Positions 8,226 to 16,736 of a stretch of 64,000 bases of DNA are shown here, in pieces. This DNA is from Minisyncoccota bacterium. Its GTDB lineage: Bacteria > Patescibacteriota > Minisyncoccia > Phycocordibacterales > Phycocordibacteraceae. A program made the translations under genes and the position numbers. Position 1 is the first letter of the stretch; every line of letters begins with the position of its first letter. Under the pieces are notes generated by a model. The model was not told where the DNA came from, did not search any database, and was given only the letters and a program-made list of their open reading frames with translations. The stretch covers positions 31,484-95,483 of the forward strand of contig DASZTF010000044.1 in the NCBI GenBank assembly GCA_035548315.1, in the 5' to 3' direction.

Positions 8226-10316
8226 ATGGATTTCACTAAAATCAGTGCCGTCATGGCCGCACAGAAACGCTCGATCGCGATCGGCGCTTTTGTCATTGTG
8301 TCGGTTGTGGGCATCGGGTTCGGCATCGGCCTTGCGACCGGTGTCGTGAACGTCCCGTCAGCACACGCGTGCTGCGGTATGCCACCCCCGCCCCCTCCTC
8401 CGCCACCCCCGCCCCCTCCTCCGCCACCCCCGCCCCCGCCCCCTCCTCCGCCCCCGCCGCCGGAGAAGCCGAGCTGTACACTTTCGGCTAATCCGTCGAG
8501 CCTCACGGGTGAGGGCGATTCAAAGCTTTCCTGGACCACTAAGAATGCGACGTCCGCTTCCATCAATCAGGGCATCGGTTCGGTGAGTCTCAATGGCAGC
8601 AAGAGCGTCCATGTGACGCAGACCATCACCTACACGCTTACCGCAAAGAGCAAGGACGGCACGAGCGTTAGCTGCCACACGACTGTCACGGTGAAGACCA
8701 AGCAGAATGCACCGACCTGTACGCTCACGGCGAGCCCGACCAAGATCAATCAGGGCGGCAAATCGACGCTTTCCTGGACGACCGACAATGCGACGTCGTT
8801 CTCGATCAACCAGGGCATCGGCAATGTAAAGCCGGTATCGGGTGGTTCGCTGAGTGTCTCTCCGATCCAGACGATTACCTACACTGGTACGGCTAAGGGC
8901 GACGGCGGCACCGTCACCTGCTCGACGACTATTACGGTCGTGACGAAGCAGAACGGCCCGACCTGTACGCTCTCGGCGTCTCCGCAGAACATCAAGCCGG
9001 GCAAGAGCTCCACGCTCACCTGGACGACCGATAACGCGACCTCCGTGTCAATCGATCACGGCATCGGCGACGTGAAGCTTTCCGGCAGCAAGGACGTCTC
9101 GCCGAACAAGGACACCACCTACACCCTCACGGCGCAGGGCAAGGGAGGTACGGTAACGTGTCAGACGACGATCACCGTGTCGGAGAATCCGGGCCCGGAG
9201 TGCACGCTCGACATCAGCCCAGACAACATCGACAAGGGCGATAACGCTACCATCAAGTGGACGACCGATAACGCTGAGTCGTTCAAGATCGACCACGGTA
9301 TCGGGAATGTGAAGCCGGTCGACAAGGGTTCGGAGAAAATCTCGCCGAACGACGACACCACCTACACGGGCACCGCGACGTCGAAGGACGGCCGCACCGC
9401 GACGTGTAAGGCATCGATCGACGTGGGTACTAACCACGGCGGTGGCGGTGGCCACAATAATAATGACGTCACCCTCACCGGCGCACCGACCCAGTCCCAG
9501 TCGTACGTGTATCTCTCGCAGATCCCGTACACCGGTCTTGACCTTGGTCCGGTGGGTACGGTCGTGTACTGGCTCGCGCTCGTGCTCTGGAGCCTCGGCC
9601 TCTCGTACCTCTTCCTCTTCAAATTCCTTCCGTTCGTGAAGGGTGGGGCGGTGGCGTTCGGTCACCAGGTGGGTGTCGCTCTCAACAGCGATGTACACAC
9701 TACGGCAAACGACCTCGTTCACGCGCACTACTCGCAGAATGTTGAGGACGTGCATATGCCGAATACGGAACCGATTGCTGAATCTACACTCGCGATGCCG
9801 AGCCGCGGCTACTCGACCTACGACGGCTTCCGCTCGTTCGCGACGGGTGGCGCGCTCTCGGTGGATGACATCGTGAAGGGCCTCTCGCGCCAGCCGGCTG
9901 CACCCGAACCGGTGCACGAAGCTCCGGCACCGATCGCGCCCGCACCGATGACTTTCGCTGACGAAGCACCGGCCATCCACCGCGAGGCTGACACGAACGT
10001 TCGCGGATTTATCGCCGCGGTCCTCGATGGCGATCGCAACGCGGTCTTCGGTATGCTCCGCACGATTGCGAAGGGCGGCGGAAGCTCGCAGGCGTTCCTC
10101 ACGGACGCAGTCTCCGCGCTCGATGACGCGTATCGCGCTCGCATCGACGGCACGCCCGTCGATCCGGAAGTGGCACGCATCCTTGCCGCGACGATGACGC
10201 CGACGCTCGAGCGCCTCATCGGCGCGCTCGCGACGGCAGTCGACTCGAGCTACTCGCAGGACTCGACCGCAGCGAAGCTCGCGCTCACCCGCGCGTTCGC
10301 CGTGATCGGGAAGTAA
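8226..10316 (+). CDS. Surface protein and putative sortase substrate: signal peptide, poly-Pro, four Cys-paired Ig/PKD-like repeats, IPYTG motif, TM, long cytoplasmic tail
   Basis: Signal ends ..PSAHA; 27 Pro; four repeats of CTL...P..I..G....L.WTT.NA.S.SI..GIG.V...TYT.TA...C; YLSQIPYTG at 9522-9536 then a hydrophobic helix; about 230 aa after the TM. Confidence 0.85.
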   Translation: MDFTKISAVMAAQKRSIAIGAFVIVSVVGIGFGIGLATGVVNVPSAHACCGMPPPPPPPPPPPPPPPPPPPPPPPPPPPEKPSCTLSANPSSLTGEGDSKLSWTTKNATSASINQGIGSVSLNGSKSVHVTQTITYTLTAKSKDGTSVSCHTTVTVKTKQNAPTCTLTASPTKINQGGKSTLSWTTDNATSFSINQGIGNVKPVSGGSLSVSPIQTITYTGTAKGDGGTVTCSTTITVVTKQNGPTCTLSASPQNIKPGKSSTLTWTTDNATSVSIDHGIGDVKLSGSKDVSPNKDTTYTLTAQGKGGTVTCQTTITVSENPGPECTLDISPDNIDKGDNATIKWTTDNAESFKIDHGIGNVKPVDKGSEKISPNDDTTYTGTATSKDGRTATCKASIDVGTNHGGGGGHNNNDVTLTGAPTQSQSYVYLSQIPYTGLDLGPVGTVVYWLALVLWSLGLSYLFLFKFLPFVKGGAVAFGHQVGVALNSDVHTTANDLVHAHYSQNVEDVHMPNTEPIAESTLAMPSRGYSTYDGFRSFATGGALSVDDIVKGLSRQPAAPEPVHEAPAPIAPAPMTFADEAPAIHREADTNVRGFIAAVLDGDRNAVFGMLRTIAKGGGSSQAFLTDAVSALDDAYRARIDGTPVDPEVARILAATMTPTLERLIGALATAVDSSYSQDSTAAKLALTRAFAVIGK
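8382..8462 (+). repeat. Poly-proline tract (27 codons) built from tandem 21-bp units ccacccccgccccctcctccg
   Basis: Directly visible C-rich tandem repeat. Confidence 0.95.
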
Positions 10317-10324
10317 CTCCACAC

Positions 10325-10364
10325 AAGAAAACCGCCGCCTCCTTCGAGGCGGCGGGTTTCTTTT
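10325..10364. terminator. Bidirectional intrinsic terminator
   Basis: aagaaaaccgccgcctc-cttc-gaggcggcgggtttctttt between convergent genes. Confidence 0.85.
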
Positions 10365-10367
10365 GCC

Positions 10368-12116
10368 TTAGATATTTGCGCGTTCTTTGATGCGCGCGAG
10401 GGTCGCATCGATAAATTCTTGGAGTGGCACCGTGGCCTTGTCGCCGTTGCGATTATTTTCTACCGTCATGGTGCCGGCACCTGCTTCTGCATCACCGAGC
10501 ACGATGAAGCACGGAACCTTCGCCGTCTTCACTGCGCGGATGCGCTTGCCGAGCGAGTCATCGGCATGCAGCTCTGCGCGGATGCCGGCTTCTTTGAGTT
10601 TGCTCATGACTTCGTTCGCATAGTCTGCGTGCTTCTCAGAGACAGGGAGCACCGCTGCCTGCACTGGCGCGAGCCAGAGCGGGAACACGCCCGCCGTGTG
10701 CTCGATGTAAACCGAGAGGAAACGCTCGAGCGAACCGGCGATCGCGAGGTGGATCATCACTGGCGTCTTCGGCGATCCATCGGTGTCGATGTATTCAAGT
10801 GCAAAGCGTGCCGGCTGCACGAAGTCGAGCTGGCCCGTAGCGAGCTGGTGTTCGCGGCCGATCGCATCCGTGGCCATGAAGTCGATCTTAGGTCCGTAGA
10901 AAGCTGCTTCCCCCCGCGCGATGAAGTAGTCGAACCCGCCGTTCTTCGCGATGGCTTCGAGCTGCGCTTCGGCGCTATCCCAGAGTGCGGATTCACCAAG
11001 GTACTTTTCGGGCGTAGCCGGATCACGGAAGGAAAGTCGTGCACGGAACTTCATGCCCATCGTGGCATAAAACTCCATCACCATCTGCATGATCGAACCA
11101 TATTCCTGCTCGATCTGGTCGGGGCGGCAGAACACATGGCTGTCGTCCTGCGTGATCGAGCGCACACGCGAGAGGCCCGCGAGCTCGCCCTTTTTCTCAT
11201 CGCGGTATACCGTCGTGGTCTCGAGGTAGCGGAGCGGGAGGTCGCGGTAGCTGCGGCCGCGCGACGCATAGATCTGCGTGTGGTGCGGGCAGTTCATCGG
11301 CTTCAGTACGAACTTGTCGCTCGTCTCCTGGCTCTTCACGAGGAAGAGTTCGTTGCCGAACTTGGCCCAGTGGCCAGACTTCTCGTAGAGCTCCTGCTTC
11401 GTGATGTGCGGGATCCATACGCGGTCGAACCCACGCTTGGTGCGCAGTTCTTGCGAGTACCGATGAATCTCTTCGCGCAGCACCGTGCCCTTGGGAGTGA
11501 AGAGTGGGAGGCCTGAACCGACAAGCTCGGAGAACGTAAATAGGTCGAGCTCCACCCCGAGTTTGCGGTGGTCACGCTTCTTCGCTTCCTCGAGCTGGAC
11601 CTTGTAGGCGTCGAGGTCGGCCTTGGTATCAAACGCCAGCCCATAAATACGCGTGAGCTGGGGCTTGTTCTCATCGCCGCGCCAGTAGGCGCCCGCGATG
11701 CGGTCGAGGAGGAATGCGTCGGCCTCAATGTCGTGCGCCGGGTGCTCGCTGTGACCACCGCGGCACAGGTCGGTAAAGCCCCCTGCGGTGTAGAGCGTGA
11801 TTTTCTCGCCCCTCTCTGTGATCTCGTCGATGAGTTCGAGCTTGAACGGGTTGTCCTTGAACCGGTCCTTTGCGTCGGCCTCGGACACTTCCACACCGGT
11901 CATGCTGGTCCAGGAGGGCAGGAGGTCGCGCATGTCCGCGGTGAGCTTCTCGAGTTCTTCTTCGCCAGGTTTTTCACCGGCTGAGAAATCAAAGTCGTAA
12001 TAAAAGCCATTGTCGACAGCAGGGCCGATGGTGGCCTTGGCGTGCGGGTAGCGCTCCGCCACGGCTGCAGCCAAGAGATGCGCGAGGGTGTGGCGCTTTT
12101 CAGGAAGTGAGGCCAT
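10368..12116 (-). CDS. thrS: Threonine-tRNA ligase lacking the N-terminal TGS domain
   Basis: RHTLAHLLA, GP...GFYYDF, DLCRGGH, RDHRKLG, KPMNCPHH, GEAAFYGPKIDF, QLDF, GSLERF. Confidence 0.97.
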   Translation of the reverse strand: MASLPEKRHTLAHLLAAAVAERYPHAKATIGPAVDNGFYYDFDFSAGEKPGEEELEKLTADMRDLLPSWTSMTGVEVSEADAKDRFKDNPFKLELIDEITERGEKITLYTAGGFTDLCRGGHSEHPAHDIEADAFLLDRIAGAYWRGDENKPQLTRIYGLAFDTKADLDAYKVQLEEAKKRDHRKLGVELDLFTFSELVGSGLPLFTPKGTVLREEIHRYSQELRTKRGFDRVWIPHITKQELYEKSGHWAKFGNELFLVKSQETSDKFVLKPMNCPHHTQIYASRGRSYRDLPLRYLETTTVYRDEKKGELAGLSRVRSITQDDSHVFCRPDQIEQEYGSIMQMVMEFYATMGMKFRARLSFRDPATPEKYLGESALWDSAEAQLEAIAKNGGFDYFIARGEAAFYGPKIDFMATDAIGREHQLATGQLDFVQPARFALEYIDTDGSPKTPVMIHLAIAGSLERFLSVYIEHTAGVFPLWLAPVQAAVLPVSEKHADYANEVMSKLKEAGIRAELHADDSLGKRIRAVKTAKVPCFIVLGDAEAGAGTMTVENNRNGDKATVPLQEFIDATLARIKERANI

Positions 12117-12151
12117 GTACATTCGAGAATACCACGATTTCCTCACGCGAC

Positions 12152-15100
12152 TTAGAGCGTTTTCAGGTTATCGATCGCGAGCGAGATCTCGCCGTTGCGG
12201 TCGGAGATGGTCGCTTTAAGCAGGAGGCAAGTGCCCGGAACGACTTTCGCGCCGACCTCTTTATAGAGTTTGGGGAAGACGACGCCCTCGATCGAGTCGG
12301 TCTTGTCTTCGAATTTCACGAACGCCATTTTCTCGCCCGACTTGGTGAGGATAGTGCGCACGTCAGAGACGAGCACGGGGATGATCACCGGCCGGCCTTT
12401 GTGCGGGTCGGCGTTGATTGCGCTTATCGTGAGCTTGGCGCGCGCGAGGGTATCTTCGTGTGCGTCGAGGGGGTGCCCTGATACGTAAATGCCGAGCAGT
12501 TCTTTTTCCGCGCGCAGTTTCTCACCGATCGGGAGTTCGGGCGCGGGGATAAGGGTGAGGGTGGGCGCCGCGAGCGCACCAAAGAGCGAGTCCTGCGGGG
12601 ATTCCTTGGCGGCATCGCGATGGAATTCGAGCATGCGGTCGATATTTTCCATGAGTGTGCCGCGTTCCGCGAAGGAATCGAGCGCTCCTGCCTTGATAAG
12701 CGATTCGAGCGATTTCTTATTCAAATTTTTTGATCCCACACGGATGAGAAAGTCAGAAATAGTTGCGAACGGTCCGTGCGCGGTACGCTCCGCAAGTATT
12801 GCTTCCGCGATGCCCTCGCCAAAGTTCTTGATCGAGGAGAGGCCGAATCGAATCGTGTCTTTCTTTTCTCCCACAATGGTGAACACCGCTCCGCTCTCGT
12901 TCACGTCGGGCGGCAGCACGGGTATGTGGAGGCGCTCTGCCTCAGCAATAAGGACCGCGATCGATTCAGTGTCGCCCGCGTCCGCCGTAAGGAGCGCCGT
13001 CATGTATTCCACCGGGTGGTTGGCCTTCATGTATGCGGTCTGGTACGCGACCTTCCCGTAGCTTGCGGCGTGCGCTTTGTTGAACCCGTACGCAGCGAAC
13101 GGTTCGATAAGCGCCCAGATCGCTTTCCCTTTTTCAGGCGGGAGCTTGCCGTACTCTACAAATCCTTTGAGCAACTTTTCTTTTTGTGCCTCCATTTCCG
13201 CAGGGATTTTCTTACCCATGGCCTTGCGGAGCGTGTCGGCTTCGAGCCAGGAATAGCCGCCGAGCGTAATGGCGGTGAGGAGCACGTCGTCCTGGTACAC
13301 GAGGAGTCCGTAGGACGCACCCAAGTATTCCTTCATGCGCGGATCCATGTACGTCACCAGTCCGGGATTACGCTTGCGCTCGATGTACTGCGGGATCGTT
13401 TCCATTGGGCCCGGGCGGTAGAGCGCCACCATGGCGTTGATATCGTGGATGGTGGTCGGTTTGAGCTCCTTCAAGTAGCGCGTCATGCCGGAGCCGTTCA
13501 GCTGGAACGTGCCTTCCGTCTCGCCCCGCGCGAGCATGGCAAACGTCTTCGCGTCGTCGAGCGGGATGTTCTCAATATCGATCACGATGCCGCGGGTTTC
13601 CTTCACGCGCTCCATGGCGTCGGCGAGGATGGAGAGGTTCTTGATCCCGAGGAAGTCGTACTTGAGGAGCCCCGCGTCTTCTACGGCGTGCATGTCGTAC
13701 TGCGTGATGAGCTTGCCCGTTTTCGGATCGGTCTGGAGTGGCGTCCATTCGGTAAGGGGAGTCGGTGATATCACCACGCCCGCGGCATGCACGCCGGTAT
13801 GGCGCGCAGAGCCCTCGATGCGCATCGCGAGGTCGAGTATTTCTTTCACGTCTTCGTCTTCGGTATAGAGCTGCTTGAGTTCGGGCTCTTCTTTAAACGC
13901 GCGTTCGATGGTCATCGGGAATCCTTGCTGGCCGATGGGGATGAGCTTAGCGATGCGGTCGCCCGTGCCGTAGCTGTGCCCGAGCGCGCGCGCCACATCG
14001 CGTACTGCTGCGCGCGCCATCATGGTGCCGAAGGTGCCGATCTGCGCGACGTGGTCTTCGCCATAACGCTGCTTGGCGTACGCGATCATTTCGTCGCGGC
14101 GAGTATCGGCGTAGTCCATATCGATATCGGGTGCTTTCGGACGCTCGGGGTTGAGGAATCGTTCGAAGGGGAGTTGGTATTCGAGCGGATCGACGTTCGT
14201 GATGCCGGTCACATAGGAGACGAGCGATCCGGCGGCCGATCCGCGCGTGGTCGTGAGAATACCCGCCTGCTTGGCGAACGTGAGCAGGTCGGACACCACG
14301 AGGAAGTACGGCGCGAACCCTTTTTCGATGATCACGCCGAGCTCGTACTCGAGTCGCTTAACGACCGCCGGATTTTCCTTGGAGAGTCCGCGTGCCGTGA
14401 GACCTTTGTAGGCTTTCTCGCGCAACATATCGGCGTGCGTTTTACCTGGCTCCTCGGGAAAATTGGGGAACACCCAGCTCCCGAGCGTGAGCGAGACATT
14501 ACAGCGCTCCGCAATTTCTCCCGAACGGTCGACTGCGTCTTCCATGCCCTTAAATCGTTTACGCATCTCCTTTTCGGTAACGAAGGAAAAGTCCTCCTCC
14601 TCATTGCGGTCTGCCTGCCCGTGCTGGATGCGCCGCATCACTGATGTCGCTTCGCGATCGTCGGGGTCGAGGTAGTACACGTCCTGCTGTGCGACCAGCG
14701 GCACGCCGCTTCGCTTCGAAAGCTCCATCACCTTGCGCATTTTTTCTTCGTGGCCCGCGGCTTTGGGGTGATGGGTGATTTCAAGAAACAGATTATCCTT
14801 CCCGAAAATGCTCGACCACTCGGCGAGCGCGGCGCCCGCCGCCTCGTCCTGCCCGCTCGCGAGGAGGCGGGGCACATCACCCGCAAACGACGGCATGAGC
14901 GCGATGAGACCATGCGCGTGTTCTCGGATAAGGTCCATGTCCATGAGCGGTCGGTCGAAGAATCCTTCCGTGAACGATCTCGTCACGAGCGCCATGAGGT
15001 TCTTGTAGCCGGTATTATTTTCTGCGAGCAGCACGAGACGCGTGCGCTTTTCAGCGGTAGCCTGGTCCCGATCGAACCGCGAGCGCGGCGCAATGTACGC

Positions 15101-15316
15101 GTCGACGCCGATAATCGGTTTGATGCCGGCCTTCGCACACTTCTGATAGAGCTCGATCGCGCCGTGGAGGTTACCGTTATCGGTGAGTCCGAGCGCGGGC
15201 ATACCGTACTTCTTCGCGCGCTCGACCAGTTCGTCGACTTTGGGCAGCGCCTGGAGGAAGCTGTAGTGGCTGTGTGTGTGGAGGTGGACGTACTTTCCAT
15301 TACTCGTGCCGGCCAT
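12152..15316 (-). CDS. dnaE: DNA polymerase III alpha subunit
   Basis: PHP domain (HLHTHS), RGSAAGSLV, FERFLNPER, PDIDMD, HAAGVVI, KYDFLG, YGFNKAHA, clamp-binding QDSLF, C-terminal OB fold. Confidence 0.98.
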   Translation of the reverse strand: MAGTSNGKYVHLHTHSHYSFLQALPKVDELVERAKKYGMPALGLTDNGNLHGAIELYQKCAKAGIKPIIGVDAYIAPRSRFDRDQATAEKRTRLVLLAENNTGYKNLMALVTRSFTEGFFDRPLMDMDLIREHAHGLIALMPSFAGDVPRLLASGQDEAAGAALAEWSSIFGKDNLFLEITHHPKAAGHEEKMRKVMELSKRSGVPLVAQQDVYYLDPDDREATSVMRRIQHGQADRNEEEDFSFVTEKEMRKRFKGMEDAVDRSGEIAERCNVSLTLGSWVFPNFPEEPGKTHADMLREKAYKGLTARGLSKENPAVVKRLEYELGVIIEKGFAPYFLVVSDLLTFAKQAGILTTTRGSAAGSLVSYVTGITNVDPLEYQLPFERFLNPERPKAPDIDMDYADTRRDEMIAYAKQRYGEDHVAQIGTFGTMMARAAVRDVARALGHSYGTGDRIAKLIPIGQQGFPMTIERAFKEEPELKQLYTEDEDVKEILDLAMRIEGSARHTGVHAAGVVISPTPLTEWTPLQTDPKTGKLITQYDMHAVEDAGLLKYDFLGIKNLSILADAMERVKETRGIVIDIENIPLDDAKTFAMLARGETEGTFQLNGSGMTRYLKELKPTTIHDINAMVALYRPGPMETIPQYIERKRNPGLVTYMDPRMKEYLGASYGLLVYQDDVLLTAITLGGYSWLEADTLRKAMGKKIPAEMEAQKEKLLKGFVEYGKLPPEKGKAIWALIEPFAAYGFNKAHAASYGKVAYQTAYMKANHPVEYMTALLTADAGDTESIAVLIAEAERLHIPVLPPDVNESGAVFTIVGEKKDTIRFGLSSIKNFGEGIAEAILAERTAHGPFATISDFLIRVGSKNLNKKSLESLIKAGALDSFAERGTLMENIDRMLEFHRDAAKESPQDSLFGALAAPTLTLIPAPELPIGEKLRAEKELLGIYVSGHPLDAHEDTLARAKLTISAINADPHKGRPVIIPVLVSDVRTILTKSGEKMAFVKFEDKTDSIEGVVFPKLYKEVGAKVVPGTCLLLKATISDRNGEISLAIDNLKTL

Positions 15317-15337
15317 ATACCCTAGTATACTTTCTTC
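15317..15337. promoter_or_regulatory. Palindromic bidirectional -10 element shared by dnaE and rnhB
   Basis: AGTATACT at 15324-15331 gives TATACT on both strands, 6 nt from the rnhB ATG and 7 nt from the dnaE ATG. Confidence 0.75.
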
Positions 15338-15931
15338 ATGAAATTTGTGCCCAAAGCGGTGATCGGCGTCGATGAGGCAGGAAGGGGACCGCTCGCGGGG
15401 CCGGTGGCGGTGGGGTTCGTGCTGGTGCCGAAGGGGTTTGACGTGGCGAAGGAATTTCCCGGTGTCGATGATTCGAAAAAGCTCACGGAAGGGAAGCGGG
15501 AAGAACTATTTGAAATGCTCACCCGCCGCGCGGAGCGCGGCGATATTTCCTACTGCGTGCGGTACGGGAGCCACGCGATGATCGATGCGCGCGGCATGAC
15601 GCGCGTGGTGCGCGCCGCTATTGGGCGTGGTGTGCGGACGCTTGCGCCAGAATCACGCGGCGTGCACGTGTACCTCGATGGCTTGCTCCACGCGCCGCAA
15701 GAGTACTCGCAAGAGACGGTGATTCACGGAGACTCACTCATTCCCATTATTTCTCTTGCTTCGATTGCGGCAAAAGTCTCTCGAGACAGACTCATGCAGC
15801 GCTATGAGAAAAAGTTTCCGGGGTACGGCTTCGCGGTTCACAAGGGGTACGGCACCAAGCTCCACTACCAGATGCTTTCGGAACTTGGCCCTTCAGAAAT
15901 CCACCGCCGTTCCTACCTACCTTCACGATAG
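15338..15931 (+). CDS. rnhB: Ribonuclease HII
   Basis: GVDEAGRGPLAGPV, DDSKKL, LDG, HGD, ASIAAKVSRD, HKGYGT, HRRSY. Confidence 0.98.
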   Translation: MKFVPKAVIGVDEAGRGPLAGPVAVGFVLVPKGFDVAKEFPGVDDSKKLTEGKREELFEMLTRRAERGDISYCVRYGSHAMIDARGMTRVVRAAIGRGVRTLAPESRGVHVYLDGLLHAPQEYSQETVIHGDSLIPIISLASIAAKVSRDRLMQRYEKKFPGYGFAVHKGYGTKLHYQMLSELGPSEIHRRSYLPSR

Positions 15932-16031
15932 CTTCACCTGTGTGGTACAATCACACGATGTCTGCTGATTCGTCGCCTACGGGGACGGAGCAGCTGGCAC
16001 TGGGCCAACAACAAAATCTTTGGGAAAAGAC

Positions 16032-16217
16032 ATGCCACTGGAAAAGAGTAAGAGGGAACTACCTGAGGGCTCTGCCTGCATAGGGTGCCCCTTTTTTGAA
16101 GGCATTGCTTCGGGTAACCGCAGAAGTGCCGAATGCCTCTGTGGCCGGCTTCGCAGGCTGGTATCCGCGATCATGACGCTTGGCGTCTGTCCCGCGGTTG
16201 TACCGACACGCGATTGA
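16032..16217 (+). CDS. Small Cys-rich hypothetical protein (CxxC...CxC...C)
   Basis: 61 aa ORF between a TGTGGTACAAT promoter (15941-15951) and a terminator; an overlapping alternative ORF 15958-16083 also exists. Confidence 0.45.
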   Translation: MPLEKSKRELPEGSACIGCPFFEGIASGNRRSAECLCGRLRRLVSAIMTLGVCPAVVPTRD

Positions 16218-16232
16218 ACGGTTGATGGCTAG

Positions 16233-16272
16233 GTGAAAAGGCGTCGCTTCCGAGCGGCGCCTTCACATTTTT
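16233..16272 (+). terminator. Intrinsic terminator
   Basis: aaggcgtcgct-tccg-agcggcgcctt, extended by gtgaa/ttcac, then a T run. Confidence 0.75.
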
Positions 16273-16297
16273 ATGCCCGCGTGCTACAGTGGCCGCC

Positions 16298-16663
16298 ATG
16301 TCAATTCGAATGCGCCATACCCGCGGCCACACCAATAACCGCCGCTCCCATCATGCCTTGAAGCGCATGACCATCGTCACGGACAAAGAGTCCGGCAATC
16401 TCCGCCTCCCGCACCGTATCGACGAGGCGACCGGCATGTACCGCGGCAAGCAGATTTTCACCCCGAAGACGAAAGGGTCGAAGACCCTGAGGAGCGGAGC
16501 GACGAAGGGCGTCGAGCCGAAGCTTCCGAAGGAAGACCGCCACGCCGATCACGAGCATATAGAGCAGACGAGTGCCAAGAAGGGAGGCCTCATGCGTCGG
16601 TTCGTGGGCGGCGGACGTCCGCAGGCCCGCTCCGGCATGGGCGGCGGCTCCGGCGGCAAATAA
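16298..16663 (+). CDS. rpmF: 50S ribosomal protein bL32, Cys-free form with long C-terminal extension
   Basis: [22 protein letters not shown]...DKESG..RLPHRI...TGMYRGKQI, plus about 60 extra residues. Confidence 0.9.
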   Translation: MSIRMRHTRGHTNNRRSHHALKRMTIVTDKESGNLRLPHRIDEATGMYRGKQIFTPKTKGSKTLRSGATKGVEPKLPKEDRHADHEHIEQTSAKKGGLMRRFVGGGRPQARSGMGGGSGGK

Positions 16664-16683
16664 TTTCTCCACGTGTGATATCC

Positions 16684-16714
16684 ACGGCCCCGCTTCGCGG
16701 GGCCGTTGTGTTTG
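16684..16714 (+). terminator. Hairpin / terminator after rpmF
   Basis: acggccccgc-ttc-gcggggccgt followed by tgtgtttg. Confidence 0.65.
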
Positions 16715-16736
16715 CTATACTCGTACACAGAGTTCC

